DNA of 64,000 nucleotides from a virus. Its lineage: Duplodnaviria; Heunggongvirae; Uroviricota; Caudoviricetes. Within the stretch, counting starts at the first letter, position 1. The number at the start of each line of letters is the position of its first letter. A model generated the notes under the pieces. The model was not told the origin of the DNA. It did no database searches and saw only the letters and a list, made by a program, of their open reading frames with translations. The position numbers and the translations under genes are program-made. Below are positions 28,230 to 37,443 of this stretch, piece after piece. The stretch covers positions 40,203 through 104,202 of the IMG/VR virus record IMGVR_UViG_3300013121_000035; one strand, written 5' to 3'.

Positions 28230-28766
28230 TTACAACTGTGTACGGGCACGCAGGAGGTCCTCGCGCAGCAACTTCGCCAGCTGTGCATCGCGCAACGCCG
28301 CCGACGGGTGGTAGGTCACGAACACCCGCGTCCCGTCCGCCAAGGCGAGCTGCCGGGTCCGCAGCCGCGCCACCCCGCTGGTGCCCAACACTGCCTGCGC
28401 TGCGGTGTTGCCCAGCGCCACCACCACCCGCGGCTTGACCAGCCGCAGCTGCTCACGCAGCCACGCCGAGCACGCCCCGACCTCTGCCGGCGTCGGGGTC
28501 CGGTTGCCCGGCGGGCGACACAGCACCGAGTTCGTCACGTACAGGTGCTCGCGGTCCAGCCCCACCACGGTCAGCAGCCAATCCAGCAACTGCCCCGAGC
28601 GCCCCACGAACGGCCGGCCCTGGACGTCCTCATCACGCCCCGGTCCCTCACCGACCAGCATCAGCTGTGCGCTGGGATCACCGTGGCCGAACACTACCTG
28701 GGTCCGCCCGGCAGCCAGGGGGCAGCGCACACAACTGCGGGCGACCCGCGCCAGCTCATTCAGCAC
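28230..28766 (-). CDS. uracil-DNA glycosylase, family 4 (Fe-S type)
   Basis: GEGPGRDEDVQGRPFVGRSGQLL motif, four Cys (C12, C15, C83, C99) and HPS near the C-terminus. Confidence 0.65.
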   Translation of the reverse strand: MLNELARVARSCVRCPLAAGRTQVVFGHGDPSAQLMLVGEGPGRDEDVQGRPFVGRSGQLLDWLLTVVGLDREHLYVTNSVLCRPPGNRTPTPAEVGACSAWLREQLRLVKPRVVVALGNTAAQAVLGTSGVARLRTRQLALADGTRVFVTYHPSAALRDAQLAKLLREDLLRARTQL

Positions 28767-29010
28767 GCTCAGGCGCCTCGATCAGCGCCACCGACGGCTG
28801 CGTGATCGCCTCCACCTCGGTCCCGAACCGCAACCCGTGGCCGGTCTCGGGGTCTTCGATCTCGATCAGCCACGGCTGCTGGGCTGCCAGCGCCTCGGCC
28901 ACCAGCGAGGTGTGTGCGGTGGCAACCTCCCGCGGCGTCACCGACACCAGATCGTCCTCAGCCGCCAGCTCACCGTCGATGTAGACGCGGATGCGCACCT
29001 GGTCACTCAT
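28756..29010 (-). CDS. hypothetical protein (about 84 aa)
   Basis: Internal ATG (MSDQVRIRVYIDGELAAEDD...). Overlaps the UDG start by 11 nt. Confidence 0.35.
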   Translation of the reverse strand: MSDQVRIRVYIDGELAAEDDLVSVTPREVATAHTSLVAEALAAQQPWLIEIEDPETGHGLRFGTEVEAITQPSVALIEAPERAE

Positions 29011-29225
29011 CGGCGCCGACGCATCTGGCGCAGCGCCGACACACTCAGCCATGCCAGCCACACACACGCGCCGGTGACCGCCCCAACCGCGACCACCGGC
29101 CACCACCATCCGTTCCGAATCCAGCCCGGCAGCAGCTGCAAGCCGTACCAGACGAACACCTCGGCGAGCAGGCTGGCAAGGATCGCCAACGCCAGCGACG
29201 GTCCAGCCGATGCGTGCTCGTCCAT
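29007..29225 (-). CDS. small 2-TM membrane protein (72 aa)
   Basis: LALAILASLLAEVFVWYGL...WWWPVVAVGAVTGACVWLAWL. ATGA overlap. Confidence 0.45.
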   Translation of the reverse strand: MDEHASAGPSLALAILASLLAEVFVWYGLQLLPGWIRNGWWWPVVAVGAVTGACVWLAWLSVSALRQMRRRR

Positions 29226-29265
29226 ACCGCACAGTCTAACCTCCCGAAACGGCCAAACCGAAATG

Positions 29266-30063
29266 TCAGCCGCAGTCCTTCGCGGTCGCCTGCAGCCACT
29301 GGTGCAGCTTCGGCGACTCGTCCTGGCCCCACTTCTTCAGCGTCTGGCGCCAGATGAACACCACCGTGCCCGGCTTGGGGTTGTTCAGGTCCCCGAACTC
29401 GCGCTTGTGCTGGACGTAGTCCTTGTGCGCCTGGGCGTGCTCGGCGAACGTCTTGTCCACCGCCGCCGCCCACTGCGCCATCGTCAACGCCGACTTCTGG
29501 CAGGCATCCATGTCCTTGGTCGCCGCTGGGATCAGCACCGGCCCCTGGATCGGATGCTCATCAGCGTGGTCATGACCAGGCTCGATCCCGGTCGCGTGGG
29601 CGATCCCACCAGCGATCAGCAACACCGTCACCGTCAGCGCGATGATCCGAAGCCGCCACACCGCCCGTGACAACGCCCGTTCCCGTCGCGTGTGCGGCGG
29701 CAGATCCACCCCCCGCTTGGGCAACCGCCACGCCCAGCGCACACTGCGACCGACTCCCAGCACAGCGGCTCGGACGGCGACCCACAACCACCGCGCCGCC
29801 GTCATCGTGGCCGACCACGTACCCAGCGCCGCCAGCACCACCGCGCCAGCAACGACCCCAGCGGTCCAGGCCACCACATGGCCGACCCCTCGGGCCACAG
29901 CGGCAATGCCACGGCCGCTCGCCAGCGTGCCGCGAGCGACCCCACTTCCCGTCGCCTTCACCCCACGGGTGATGCCAGTTCCCACCCGATGCGCCGCGCC
30001 ACGTGCGGCCTGGGTCGAGCGTTCGCGCCAGTGTGGCGCTCCATCCAGCTCGAAGTCCTTCAC
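29266..30063 (-). CDS. membrane protein with Arg/Gly-repeat N-terminus and Cys-containing extracytoplasmic C-terminal domain (265 aa)
   Basis: Multiple hydrophobic segments. C-terminal 110 aa is hydrophilic with two Cys (DACQKS...AKDCG). Confidence 0.5.
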   Translation of the reverse strand: MKDFELDGAPHWRERSTQAARGAAHRVGTGITRGVKATGSGVARGTLASGRGIAAVARGVGHVVAWTAGVVAGAVVLAALGTWSATMTAARWLWVAVRAAVLGVGRSVRWAWRLPKRGVDLPPHTRRERALSRAVWRLRIIALTVTVLLIAGGIAHATGIEPGHDHADEHPIQGPVLIPAATKDMDACQKSALTMAQWAAAVDKTFAEHAQAHKDYVQHKREFGDLNNPKPGTVVFIWRQTLKKWGQDESPKLHQWLQATAKDCG

Positions 30064-30126
30064 GTCGCCCCCCCTTCTTGGACGTGGACGACGCAGTGTA
30101 CGGTCAACCGTGTCAAACGCGACAGC

Positions 30127-30375
30127 TCACGCTCCGTGGTCGCCAGCGTTTGACGCACGGCCGTGGGGGAGTGCTACGGTCCCCGCAGCGGTTGCCGGCA
30201 CGGCAGGCGACCCGGTACCAGAGGCACGGTCTCCAAGGGCCTTCATCGCAACCAGACGATGGGGGGCCTGGTGGAGCCGGCAGAAGCGCAGCGCCAATTC
30301 GACGAACTCGATCTGCGAGGCGTCGACCCGAAGGAAGCCGGCCGTCTCATGGCGCCGCTCATTCGAGCCAAACAC
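30127..30375 (-). CDS. hypothetical protein (82 aa), weakly supported
   Basis: Moderate GC3, directly downstream of the integrase on the same strand. An overlapping + strand ORF of similar quality exists. Confidence 0.25.
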   Translation of the reverse strand: MFGSNERRHETAGFLRVDASQIEFVELALRFCRLHQAPHRLVAMKALGDRASGTGSPAVPATAAGTVALPHGRASNAGDHGA

Positions 30376-30426
30376 GGCCTGGGTCCGGTCGTGACCGACC
30401 CCGCCATCATCGGGCGAGTGCTGGCT

Positions 30427-31971
30427 TTACTGAGCGGACAACATCTGGTCCACGGTGGCGAGCTCGGCGGGGATGATCTCCAGCCGCTTGGGGTCGAAGA
30501 CGCCCCGGCGAGTGACCGGATGGACGATCACCTGGTGGATCAACGTCTGTAGCAGCATCCGCCGGAAGGGCAGTTGCCAGCCATCCCACAGGGCTCGGAG
30601 CCGACTGGCGTCATCGGGGAGTGTGGTGGACAGCGGCTGCGCCTCCTGCAGGCGTTCGATTCGCCGCTCTGACTGCTCGATTCGCTGAGCGACCGGGAGG
30701 CGCATCTGCAGGAACTCCGTGCGTGTGATCTCGCGGTTGGTCAGCATCTCGCCGATCTCGGCGAGCAGCGCTTGATCGGTCTCCAGCGCTTTTGCCAGCC
30801 GGGTCATGTCGGTGTTGGGCTTGATGGCGTCCCGCGTGGCTTTCAGGACGATGGGATTTTCCAACCACTGGAACATGGTCTCGACGATGACGTCCTCGGC
30901 CATGTCCGCCCGCACTGCCAGCTTTCCACACGATCGCTGGTTCTCCTCACCGTGGATGCCTGGTTCGTTGAAGCAGCGGTACAGCGGCTTGCCGTTGATC
31001 ACGCCGCCGATCAGCCGGTAACCGCAGCGTCCGCAGACCGCCACGCCCCCGGTCATCAGGTAGCCGTAGGCTCGCCCATGCTTGGCGTTGGTGCGCACGA
31101 GCGAGCGCAACCGCTCCCACGTCGGCAGGTCCAGGATCGGCGGCCACTGCGCCTTCACCGGGCAGCCGTCGCTGTCCAGCACGATCTCACCGTGATGTTC
31201 CCGGTAGCCGACGATCCTCGGCGAGGTCAACGCGCGCCTGAGCGGAGTCGCCCGCCACATCTTTCCAGTGGTTGTGCGGATCGGCAGGGCGTTCCACTCA
31301 CGAACGATGTCGGTCCAGGTGGCGCGGCCATCAGCAATACGTTGGGCAGCGTCAACGATCAGCTCTGCTTCGGACTCGACGATTCCGTCCCATTTCTCGG
31401 TCAGCCCGAACGCCCGGCTGCCGCCGCCACTCCACTTGCCCTTGGCTGCATTCTCCGCCTGATAGGACAGCTGCCGCCGTTTCATGGCGGCGATCTCCAT
31501 CTCAGCCAGCATGACCAGTAGGCGGATGACGAACTTCCCGATGTCGGTCGACGTGTCGAAGCCGTCCATCGCCGAGGCAATCATGCCGCCCTGGTCTTCC
31601 ACGACGCCCCAGCACCGCTCGAACTCGCGTGACAGACGGACGAGTCGATCCAGCCGCCAGACCACAATCCCATCCCACATGCCGCCGCCGATGTCGGCCA
31701 GCATCGCTTCGTAGTTCGGCCGGCGCACTCGGAGGTCCGCAGCCGTCAGGTCTCGGTCCTTGTACACGCTGCCGATGGTGTGGCCGTGAAGGTCGGCCCA
31801 CTTCTCGATGTCGGCCAGCTGCCGGTCGTACCCCGTCTTGGTTCCGTCCCGGTCAACGGTCAATCGCAAATAGGCTGCTAGGTCTGCCAACGCTGTCTCC
31901 TCGCTCGGCTCGCGGCCCCCCGCCGCAGATCTGCAGGTCGTAGTATATGCCATAACGAACGGTGGGGTCAC
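30427..31971 (-). CDS. int: large serine recombinase (integrase) with zinc-ribbon and coiled-coil C-terminal domains
   Basis: GTG start. Resolvase-domain motifs YDRQ and VVWRLDRLVRLSRE. CGRCGY...YRCFN...SCG zinc ribbon. Long helical C-terminus. The predicted nucleophile position reads RLT (Thr) rather than RxS. Confidence 0.7.
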   Translation of the reverse strand: MTPPFVMAYTTTCRSAAGGREPSEETALADLAAYLRLTVDRDGTKTGYDRQLADIEKWADLHGHTIGSVYKDRDLTAADLRVRRPNYEAMLADIGGGMWDGIVVWRLDRLVRLSREFERCWGVVEDQGGMIASAMDGFDTSTDIGKFVIRLLVMLAEMEIAAMKRRQLSYQAENAAKGKWSGGGSRAFGLTEKWDGIVESEAELIVDAAQRIADGRATWTDIVREWNALPIRTTTGKMWRATPLRRALTSPRIVGYREHHGEIVLDSDGCPVKAQWPPILDLPTWERLRSLVRTNAKHGRAYGYLMTGGVAVCGRCGYRLIGGVINGKPLYRCFNEPGIHGEENQRSCGKLAVRADMAEDVIVETMFQWLENPIVLKATRDAIKPNTDMTRLAKALETDQALLAEIGEMLTNREITRTEFLQMRLPVAQRIEQSERRIERLQEAQPLSTTLPDDASRLRALWDGWQLPFRRMLLQTLIHQVIVHPVTRRGVFDPKRLEIIPAELATVDQMLSAQ

Positions 31972-32569
31972 CGAGCGTGACTTACCACAGTTGAGAGTTC
32001 AAGGCCCTCCAACCTGCTCTACCTGGAGGAATGACTGTCAGTGGCGAGCTGACCGCTAACGCTCGAACTGCTCGAACCTACCCAAGCATTGACTCCGATT
32101 TCGGGTTGCGAGAAAATGCCCCCCAAGCGAATCAAGCAAGGGGTCAGCCAGTTGGGATGGGTTGAGCGGCCGCCACGACGCCGGCCTCGTGCGTGTTGGC
32201 GCGAGGGTCAGGTCAAGCGCCACAAGGCGTTCGATACCGAGCAGGAGTGCGAGGAGCACCTGCGCGTCGTCGATGGGTGCTCGTACATGCCGCCTCAGCT
32301 TCGCAGGCGTGGGCGCCCCCGCAACGGGGAGCGACCGCATCCTCCGTCCGTCACTCGATACCGGCGAGGGTCACGCCACCTGCTGCTGACTCGTGAGCGT
32401 GACATCCAGCTTGTCTGGCGCTGCCTTGGCGATCCCTGTCGCCAGGCGCATCTGGATGCCGTCCGCCAGCGCAGCGCCCGGCGCAGCGCTGAGCGAGCCG
32501 AGTTGCGACGCCTCGATCCGAGGAGTCGGCCGGGGCCGAAGCCTAGAGGTGCTGATCCGGTTGTGGGTA

Positions 32570-32797
32570 TCAACGGCTGAGCTGGTTGAGGGGGGTCAGT
32601 CCAGTAATGTCGCTTGGGTTGATCCCCCAACGCCGTGCCAGGCCGTGCAAGGCGATCTGGTAGCCGTTTCGGAACTGCTCGTCCTCGTACCACTGCTCGA
32701 CTTGGCTCATCGAGTCGAGCTCTTTTGCCATGCTCTCAGCGAGCAGTTGCTGGAAACCGCTCAGCACCTTCTCAGTGGCCTCCTCGGGACTCATCCC
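32570..32797 (-). CDS. hypothetical small protein (75 aa)
   Basis: Internal ATG (MSPEEATEKV...). Moderate GC3. Confidence 0.3.
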   Translation of the reverse strand, partial: GMSPEEATEKVLSGFQQLLAESMAKELDSMSQVEQWYEDEQFRNGYQIALHGLARRWGINPSDITGLTPLNQLSR

Positions 32798-32877
32798 CAG
32801 CACTGTGTGTCCCCCCGTCCATCTCGTGCGTTCTGATCCATGTGAGCCTACTGCGACATCCGCGGGGTTCGCACGTT

Positions 32878-33145
32878 CTACTCCGGGGCGATCTCCGGCG
32901 CGAAGAACTCCGGCAGGGGCTCGGGACCGACGTAGCGCCGGCAGGGGCACTTCACCAGGTGGTCGCGCACGTTCTTGTGAATCCACCACTCCGCGTGGCA
33001 TCGGCCGGACGCTGGGTCGTGGAAGGCCAGTTCGTGCCCGCAGGCGCAGGTGGGTCCTGACGGGCGTCGTGGTCGCTTCCTGAGCCGTTCCAGGACGGCG
33101 CCCAGCGCCATGCCGGCGAGCAGGATCAGTGCACCTTCAACCATG
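32878..33145 (-). CDS. membrane-anchored Cys/His zinc-binding protein (89 aa)
   Basis: ATG is preceded by ACGGGGGG. N-terminal TM segment ALILLAGMALGAVL is followed by CACGHELAFHDPASGRCH...KCPC. Confidence 0.45.
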
Positions 33146-33303
33146 AGCCCCCCGTTTCGTACAAGTCCGCAATCTTCGGACATTTCGCAAAACTGCTGAC
33201 CTGCTCTGACCTCCCGATTTGATCAATCGTTGTGAATCTGTCCATCCTTCGCGACCTCCCCGTGACCTCCAGCGGGTCCACCCGTCTCACGGAAGGAAGC
33301 GAC

Positions 33304-33798
33304 TTGTCCGAGAAACACGTTGTTCGTCGTCTCGTGTCGGCCACGATGGCCCTCACCGTCATGGCGGCGACCATGCTCACCGGACCGATGGCCCACGCAA
33401 GCCATGCGCGGAGCGCACCACCCAAGCGCTGGACGACGAAGAAGATTCACGCCCCTGGTTCTACCGTGCGCGCTCGCGCGGCACGGGTCGCTCTGTCGCG
33501 TGTCGGCAGGCGCTACTGCCGGGGCGGCACCCGCCGCTGCTACGACTGCAGCGGGCTGACCTACTCCTCCTACCAGGCCGTCGGCAAGCACATCCCGCGC
33601 ACCAGCTGGGGGCAGCAGTACGCCACCCGGCGGATCTCCCTGCGCCGGGCACTGCCGGGTGACCTGCTGTTCTACGGCGGGCATGTGGAGATGTACATCG
33701 GGCACGGCAAGGCCGTGGCCGCCAACACCTACAGCCGGCCGGTCAACGTTCACTTGGTCCGCCACCGTGGACTGATCAAGGTGGGCCGCGTCACCTAA
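33304..33798 (+). CDS. secreted NlpC/P60 (C40) cell-wall peptidase
   Basis: TTG start with GGAAGG RBS. Signal-peptide-like RRLVSATMALTVMAATMLTGPMAHA. YDCSGL (Cys), HVEMYIG (His) and the IPRTS...Q motif. Confidence 0.6.
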   Translation: MSEKHVVRRLVSATMALTVMAATMLTGPMAHASHARSAPPKRWTTKKIHAPGSTVRARAARVALSRVGRRYCRGGTRRCYDCSGLTYSSYQAVGKHIPRTSWGQQYATRRISLRRALPGDLLFYGGHVEMYIGHGKAVAANTYSRPVNVHLVRHRGLIKVGRVT

Positions 33799-33925
33799 GC
33801 GAGCGAGCATGACCGCTGGAGGGGGGGAGACAACGGGCCTGGCAGCGCCAGGCCCGTTGTCGTTGCTGGACGTGTGCGTGACGCCTGGTACGCTATGGAC
33901 GAGATCGCAGCATTTGGGAGGCAGG

Positions 33926-34114
33926 ATGACCGAGGGCCAGGTGTGGTTCGCGCTTGTGGGCGCAGTCGCCAGCCTGGCCGGCGTGGCTGGCGGACTGTTT
34001 CGCCTCGCGGCTCGCATCGGCAACCTGGAGGGCAAGGTCGACCACCTCGCCGCCAAGATCGACCACCTTGAGATGCGGCTGGACGCCCACGTCGATCGGC
34101 ATCGCACGGCGTAA
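33926..34114 (+). CDS. small membrane protein with C-terminal coiled coil (62 aa)
   Basis: GGGAGGCAGG RBS. TM segment WFALVGAVASLAGVAGGLF is followed by GNLEGKVDHLAAKIDHLEMRLD. Confidence 0.4.
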   Translation: MTEGQVWFALVGAVASLAGVAGGLFRLAARIGNLEGKVDHLAAKIDHLEMRLDAHVDRHRTA

Positions 34115-34130
34115 CGCCCGTTGTCAGCGC

Positions 34131-34421
34131 TCAGTTGTTCTCGCGCCGGACTTGGGCGTACAGGTGGCAGGCGCCTCGGAGCAGGTGGATCACCGCCGGT
34201 GGTGGGGTGTCGTGGACGTCCTCCAGCGACAACATGCCCAACTGCATCCCCAGTGCGACGCCCATTGCGACGCTCGTGGTCAGCGGGACCTGCAGCTGGT
34301 TGAGGAACTCGCGGATGCTGTCGGCCATCCGCTCCAGGCTCTCGCGGTCCTCAGCGTCGTGCGCCGCGTGCGCCTCGCTCTCGGCGACCAGCGCCTCGAA
34401 CGTCGTCACGCCGTTGCTCAT
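34131..34421 (-). CDS. hypothetical protein (96 aa)
   Basis: Track ORF, last gene of the leftward operon starting at 36494. Confidence 0.4.
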   Translation of the reverse strand: MSNGVTTFEALVAESEAHAAHDAEDRESLERMADSIREFLNQLQVPLTTSVAMGVALGMQLGMLSLEDVHDTPPPAVIHLLRGACHLYAQVRRENN

Positions 34422-35034
34422 GACGGCTCGGCGGCCGGCTCGGCTTCCTCGCGGTCGGTGTTGAGCCCCTGGGGGTCCTCCAGGAACTGGCCGAGCCCGT
34501 TGATGATCATGCGCGCCCGGCCTTCGTCCAGTTTCATCTGGCCGATGAGGACCTGGTACAGCTGGGTGTCCAGCTCGGTGCCGTAGCAGATCTCCAGCAC
34601 CGCCTGCGCGTGGTGATGGGCGTCAGCGATGGACCACTTGCCCAGCAGCTTGTCCTCCAGCTGCACACCGACGTAGGGGTACAGCTTGCGGGTCTGGCTG
34701 TGCATGGCGACGCCAGCGCCGAAGACCAGCGGCGCGGTGGCATCGTTGTCCACGTCAGGCCGGGCGGGCCGAAGGTCCTCGGCAACGAAGGTCGCGGCCT
34801 TGTCCAGCGGCAGGCCCATCTCCTCGTGCAGCAGGCGCATGTTGGCCGCGTCGTGGTCGGCGATCATCGCCGCTCGCAGCACCACCTGCGCCCAGCGCAG
34901 CGCCTTGTCCTCGGTGAGTTCGACGGTGTGCTCACCGACCTCGACCACCGCCTGGTAGCCGCCGTCCACGACCTTGGACCGCACCCAGATCGCGTCACGC
35001 TCGTGGTCGTGCGCCTCGTCCTGTTGTTCGCTCA
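34418..35034 (-). CDS. hypothetical protein (205 aa)
   Basis: Internal ATG (MSEQQDEAHDHE...) with GAGGGGGGG RBS. Acidic N-terminus. Confidence 0.45.
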
Positions 35035-35294
35035 TCAAGCCCCCCCTCATGGATGCGGGGGCCGGTCTGCCTTCCCCAACAGACCGGCCCCCGCTGATGC
35101 AGGAGGCTACCATGCGAGCGGCGAATGTCCGAATCGGGGGAGTCGGTGGACGAAGGGACTCGATGCTGCCGCGCGTGCGGGCGGCCGCTTGAGTGGGGGG
35201 AGTCCTGCTTTTGCCGCTGGGAGGACGAGGTCGTTTGGGAGGCCCGTCGGCGCTGCTGGGTGGTGGAGATCGCCACGGTCAGCGTGCACCCGCG

Positions 35295-36013
35295 CTACTT
35301 GTAGAACACGGAGACGATCGTGGCAGTGAAAGCGAGCGCGAAGATGGTGGTGTTCCACGCCAGGTGCGCGCTGGCCGACTGCAGGACCGCGGCGTCGCGG
35401 ACTGGGCGGGTGCTGATGGGGGAGCCGGCGATGATCCAGGCGCCGTGCGGTGTGGTCCGCCGCTGCTCAGCGACGAACTGGCGGGCCTCGGCGAAGAAAG
35501 CGGTGCGGTAGGCGGCCAGGTAGCGCCGGGTGAACCACAAGCCGCCGATCCCCAGCGCCAGGCCGAACCCGATCGGGATGCCCAGCCACAGCGAGTGCGC
35601 CAGCCCGAATCGCAGCGCCTGGAGCAGGTTGCGGGTGGGGGAGCGGAACTCCGCGCCTTCGCGGTAGATGCGCTCCTCGATCAGCACCATCCGTGGGAGC
35701 GCGGCGAGCACGAGCAGCAGGAACGGCACGGCGATCCACGCCATCGACCCGCTCAACGTGGCGATCGGCCCTTGCGGGCGGCCGTGGTCCAGCAGCGCCC
35801 ACCAGCCCCAGCGCAGCACGGGCAGCTGGATCAGCGCGATCCCGAGCGTGACGGTCACCGCGATCATGGGGATGGCGATCAGGAACGTCGAGACGCGCAG
35901 GGAGCGCAGCAACGCCAGCGACTCGGCACGCCGGCGCGCCCACGCCCGCCAGACCGACAGCGGCAGGCCGGCGACAACCAGCGTCAGGAACGCGATGCGG
36001 ATGACGGTGCTCA
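35295..36013 (-). CDS. CPBP-family (CAAX protease / Abi) intramembrane metalloprotease
   Basis: Motif 1 EERIYREG (EExxxR), motif 2 FGLAHSLW (FxxxH) and motif 3 AHLAWNT (HxxxN), with multiple TM segments. Start (TTG about 36013) is uncertain. Confidence 0.6.
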
Positions 36014-36256
36014 ACGGCGCTCCTGCACGTAGGCGGCGGCGTGCGCGGGGCGGCAGAAGGCCAGCTTGCCCGGCGCTGGCGGCTGGCCACCGGGACGCAG
36101 CAGCAGCTTGCCGGTGCGGTGGCAGTAGGCGCACTCGACCATGACGAAGCACAGCTCGGTGACTTCGACGTCGCCGTCGGCGTTGGTCGAGAGCTCCGCG
36201 ATCGGGGTGCCTTTGTCGGTGTAGACCTGGCGTTGCTCGATGCCGTCCACGATGTC
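36011..36256 (-). CDS. small zinc-ribbon protein (81 aa)
   Basis: GTG start with CAGGAGAC RBS. CAYCHRTGK...FCRPAHAAAY. Confidence 0.4.
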   Translation of the reverse strand, partial: DIVDGIEQRQVYTDKGTPIAELSTNADGDVEVTELCFVMVECAYCHRTGKLLLRPGGQPPAPGKLAFCRPAHAAAYVQERR

Positions 36257-36261
36257 TCCTG

Positions 36262-36494
36262 TCAGCTGTCGTCGCTCCAGGACGCTGTCGGCGCCTTGAA
36301 GCGGAACTGGGTCGGGCCGCCGTCGACCTTGCGGCGCTCGGCGGTGCCAACCTCGCACAGGTGGGCCAGTGCCGGGCCGACCATCGCCGCCCTGGTGTTG
36401 GTCATGTTCACGATCTCCGCCTGGGTGTGCCAGTTCTGGTGGTTGAGCAGGGTCAGCAAGACCGTCTCGGCAGTCGCAGTGATGTTGTCAGCCA
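36262..36494 (-). CDS. winged-helix transcription regulator (about 77-84 aa)
   Basis: LLTLLNHQNWHTQAEIVNMTNTRAAMVGPALAHLCEVGTAERRKV forms an HTH-wing pattern. First gene of the leftward operon. Confidence 0.45.
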
Positions 36495-36865
36495 CCCGTC
36501 CACACCATCCTCTCACGTCCGGTCGGGCTTGATCCTACCGGGAATCTCATCGGATTTGTGTTGATCGGGGGTTGTGTCGCATCCTTCGGCCGTTGACACT
36601 AGGGGGGGCAACTCCGGTGGCGGGACTGTCTGGTTGACTGTGCCGTCAGGCGCCGCGCCGGTTGGGGGACCGGCAACGTCCCGGGTCCCGCCACCGGCTT
36701 TCCCCCCGCGCACGGGCTTCGGCCACCACAACGGCCGTCACCAATGACACACGAGACATCCCCCGACACGCCCCGCGAGCGTGCACTGGCTGCCAGCGTC
36801 GCCCCTGACGCGGAGATTCACTTGAGCGTCGAGGAGATCGAGCGCCTCTGGAACGGCGAGGACTC

Positions 36866-37222
36866 ATGCTGATCGCCTCGCTGTCGACCACCACCAGCCT
36901 GCATCCCAAGCCAGGCGAACCCAAGCACCGCTTCTGGGTCGAGGTGTACCGGATCTCGATGCGCGACCACCTCATCGGCCGGGCCTACCACCGCTACGAC
37001 TCCCACCCGCTGGTGTGGTGGGTCAGCAAACGCCTGGAACGCGCCGAGCAGTGGTGGCGCACACGCACCGGCCGCGCCGACGCGTGGGACATCCCCTGGA
37101 CCAACCGTCAGGACCTCCGCTGCCACGAGCTCAACTACGACAAGCGGACCCTGCTGCACCAGTTCGAGATCGACGAGGCCACCTACGAGCAGCTGTGCGC
37201 TAAGGCCAAGGGCGAGCCGTGA
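36866..37222 (+). CDS. hypothetical protein (118 aa)
   Basis: Track ORF at the start of a rightward operon after a 370-bp intergenic region. Confidence 0.4.
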   Translation: MLIASLSTTTSLHPKPGEPKHRFWVEVYRISMRDHLIGRAYHRYDSHPLVWWVSKRLERAEQWWRTRTGRADAWDIPWTNRQDLRCHELNYDKRTLLHQFEIDEATYEQLCAKAKGEP

Positions 37223-37443
37223 CCCGCGTCATGCTCCTGGTCATCGCGGTCGGGCTGACCCTGTGGGCCTTGGGCGCCTTCTTCTACTACGTGCCGACCA
37301 AGCTGCGGCGCCGGCGCGCCCAGCTCGCCAGACTGCGCCGGCTGGAACGCCAGCTGCGCCTGGACCGCCGCCGGGATCTCACCAGCGACATCGACGACCA
37401 ACTCCGACGTCACCACCACCAAGGGGGGCCAGATGGGCAGTAG
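37219..37443 (+). CDS. small membrane-anchored protein (74 aa)
   Basis: GTGA overlap. MLLVIAVGLTLWALGAFFYYV TM segment, then an Arg-rich helix. Confidence 0.4.
   Translation: MTRVMLLVIAVGLTLWALGAFFYYVPTKLRRRRAQLARLRRLERQLRLDRRRDLTSDIDDQLRRHHHQGGPDGQ

Noticed and set aside
30163-30552. 129-aa plus-strand ORF overlapping the integrase 3' end
   Set aside because: Overlaps the integrase C-terminus by 125 nt on the opposite strand. Coding statistics are no better than those of the minus-strand alternative.
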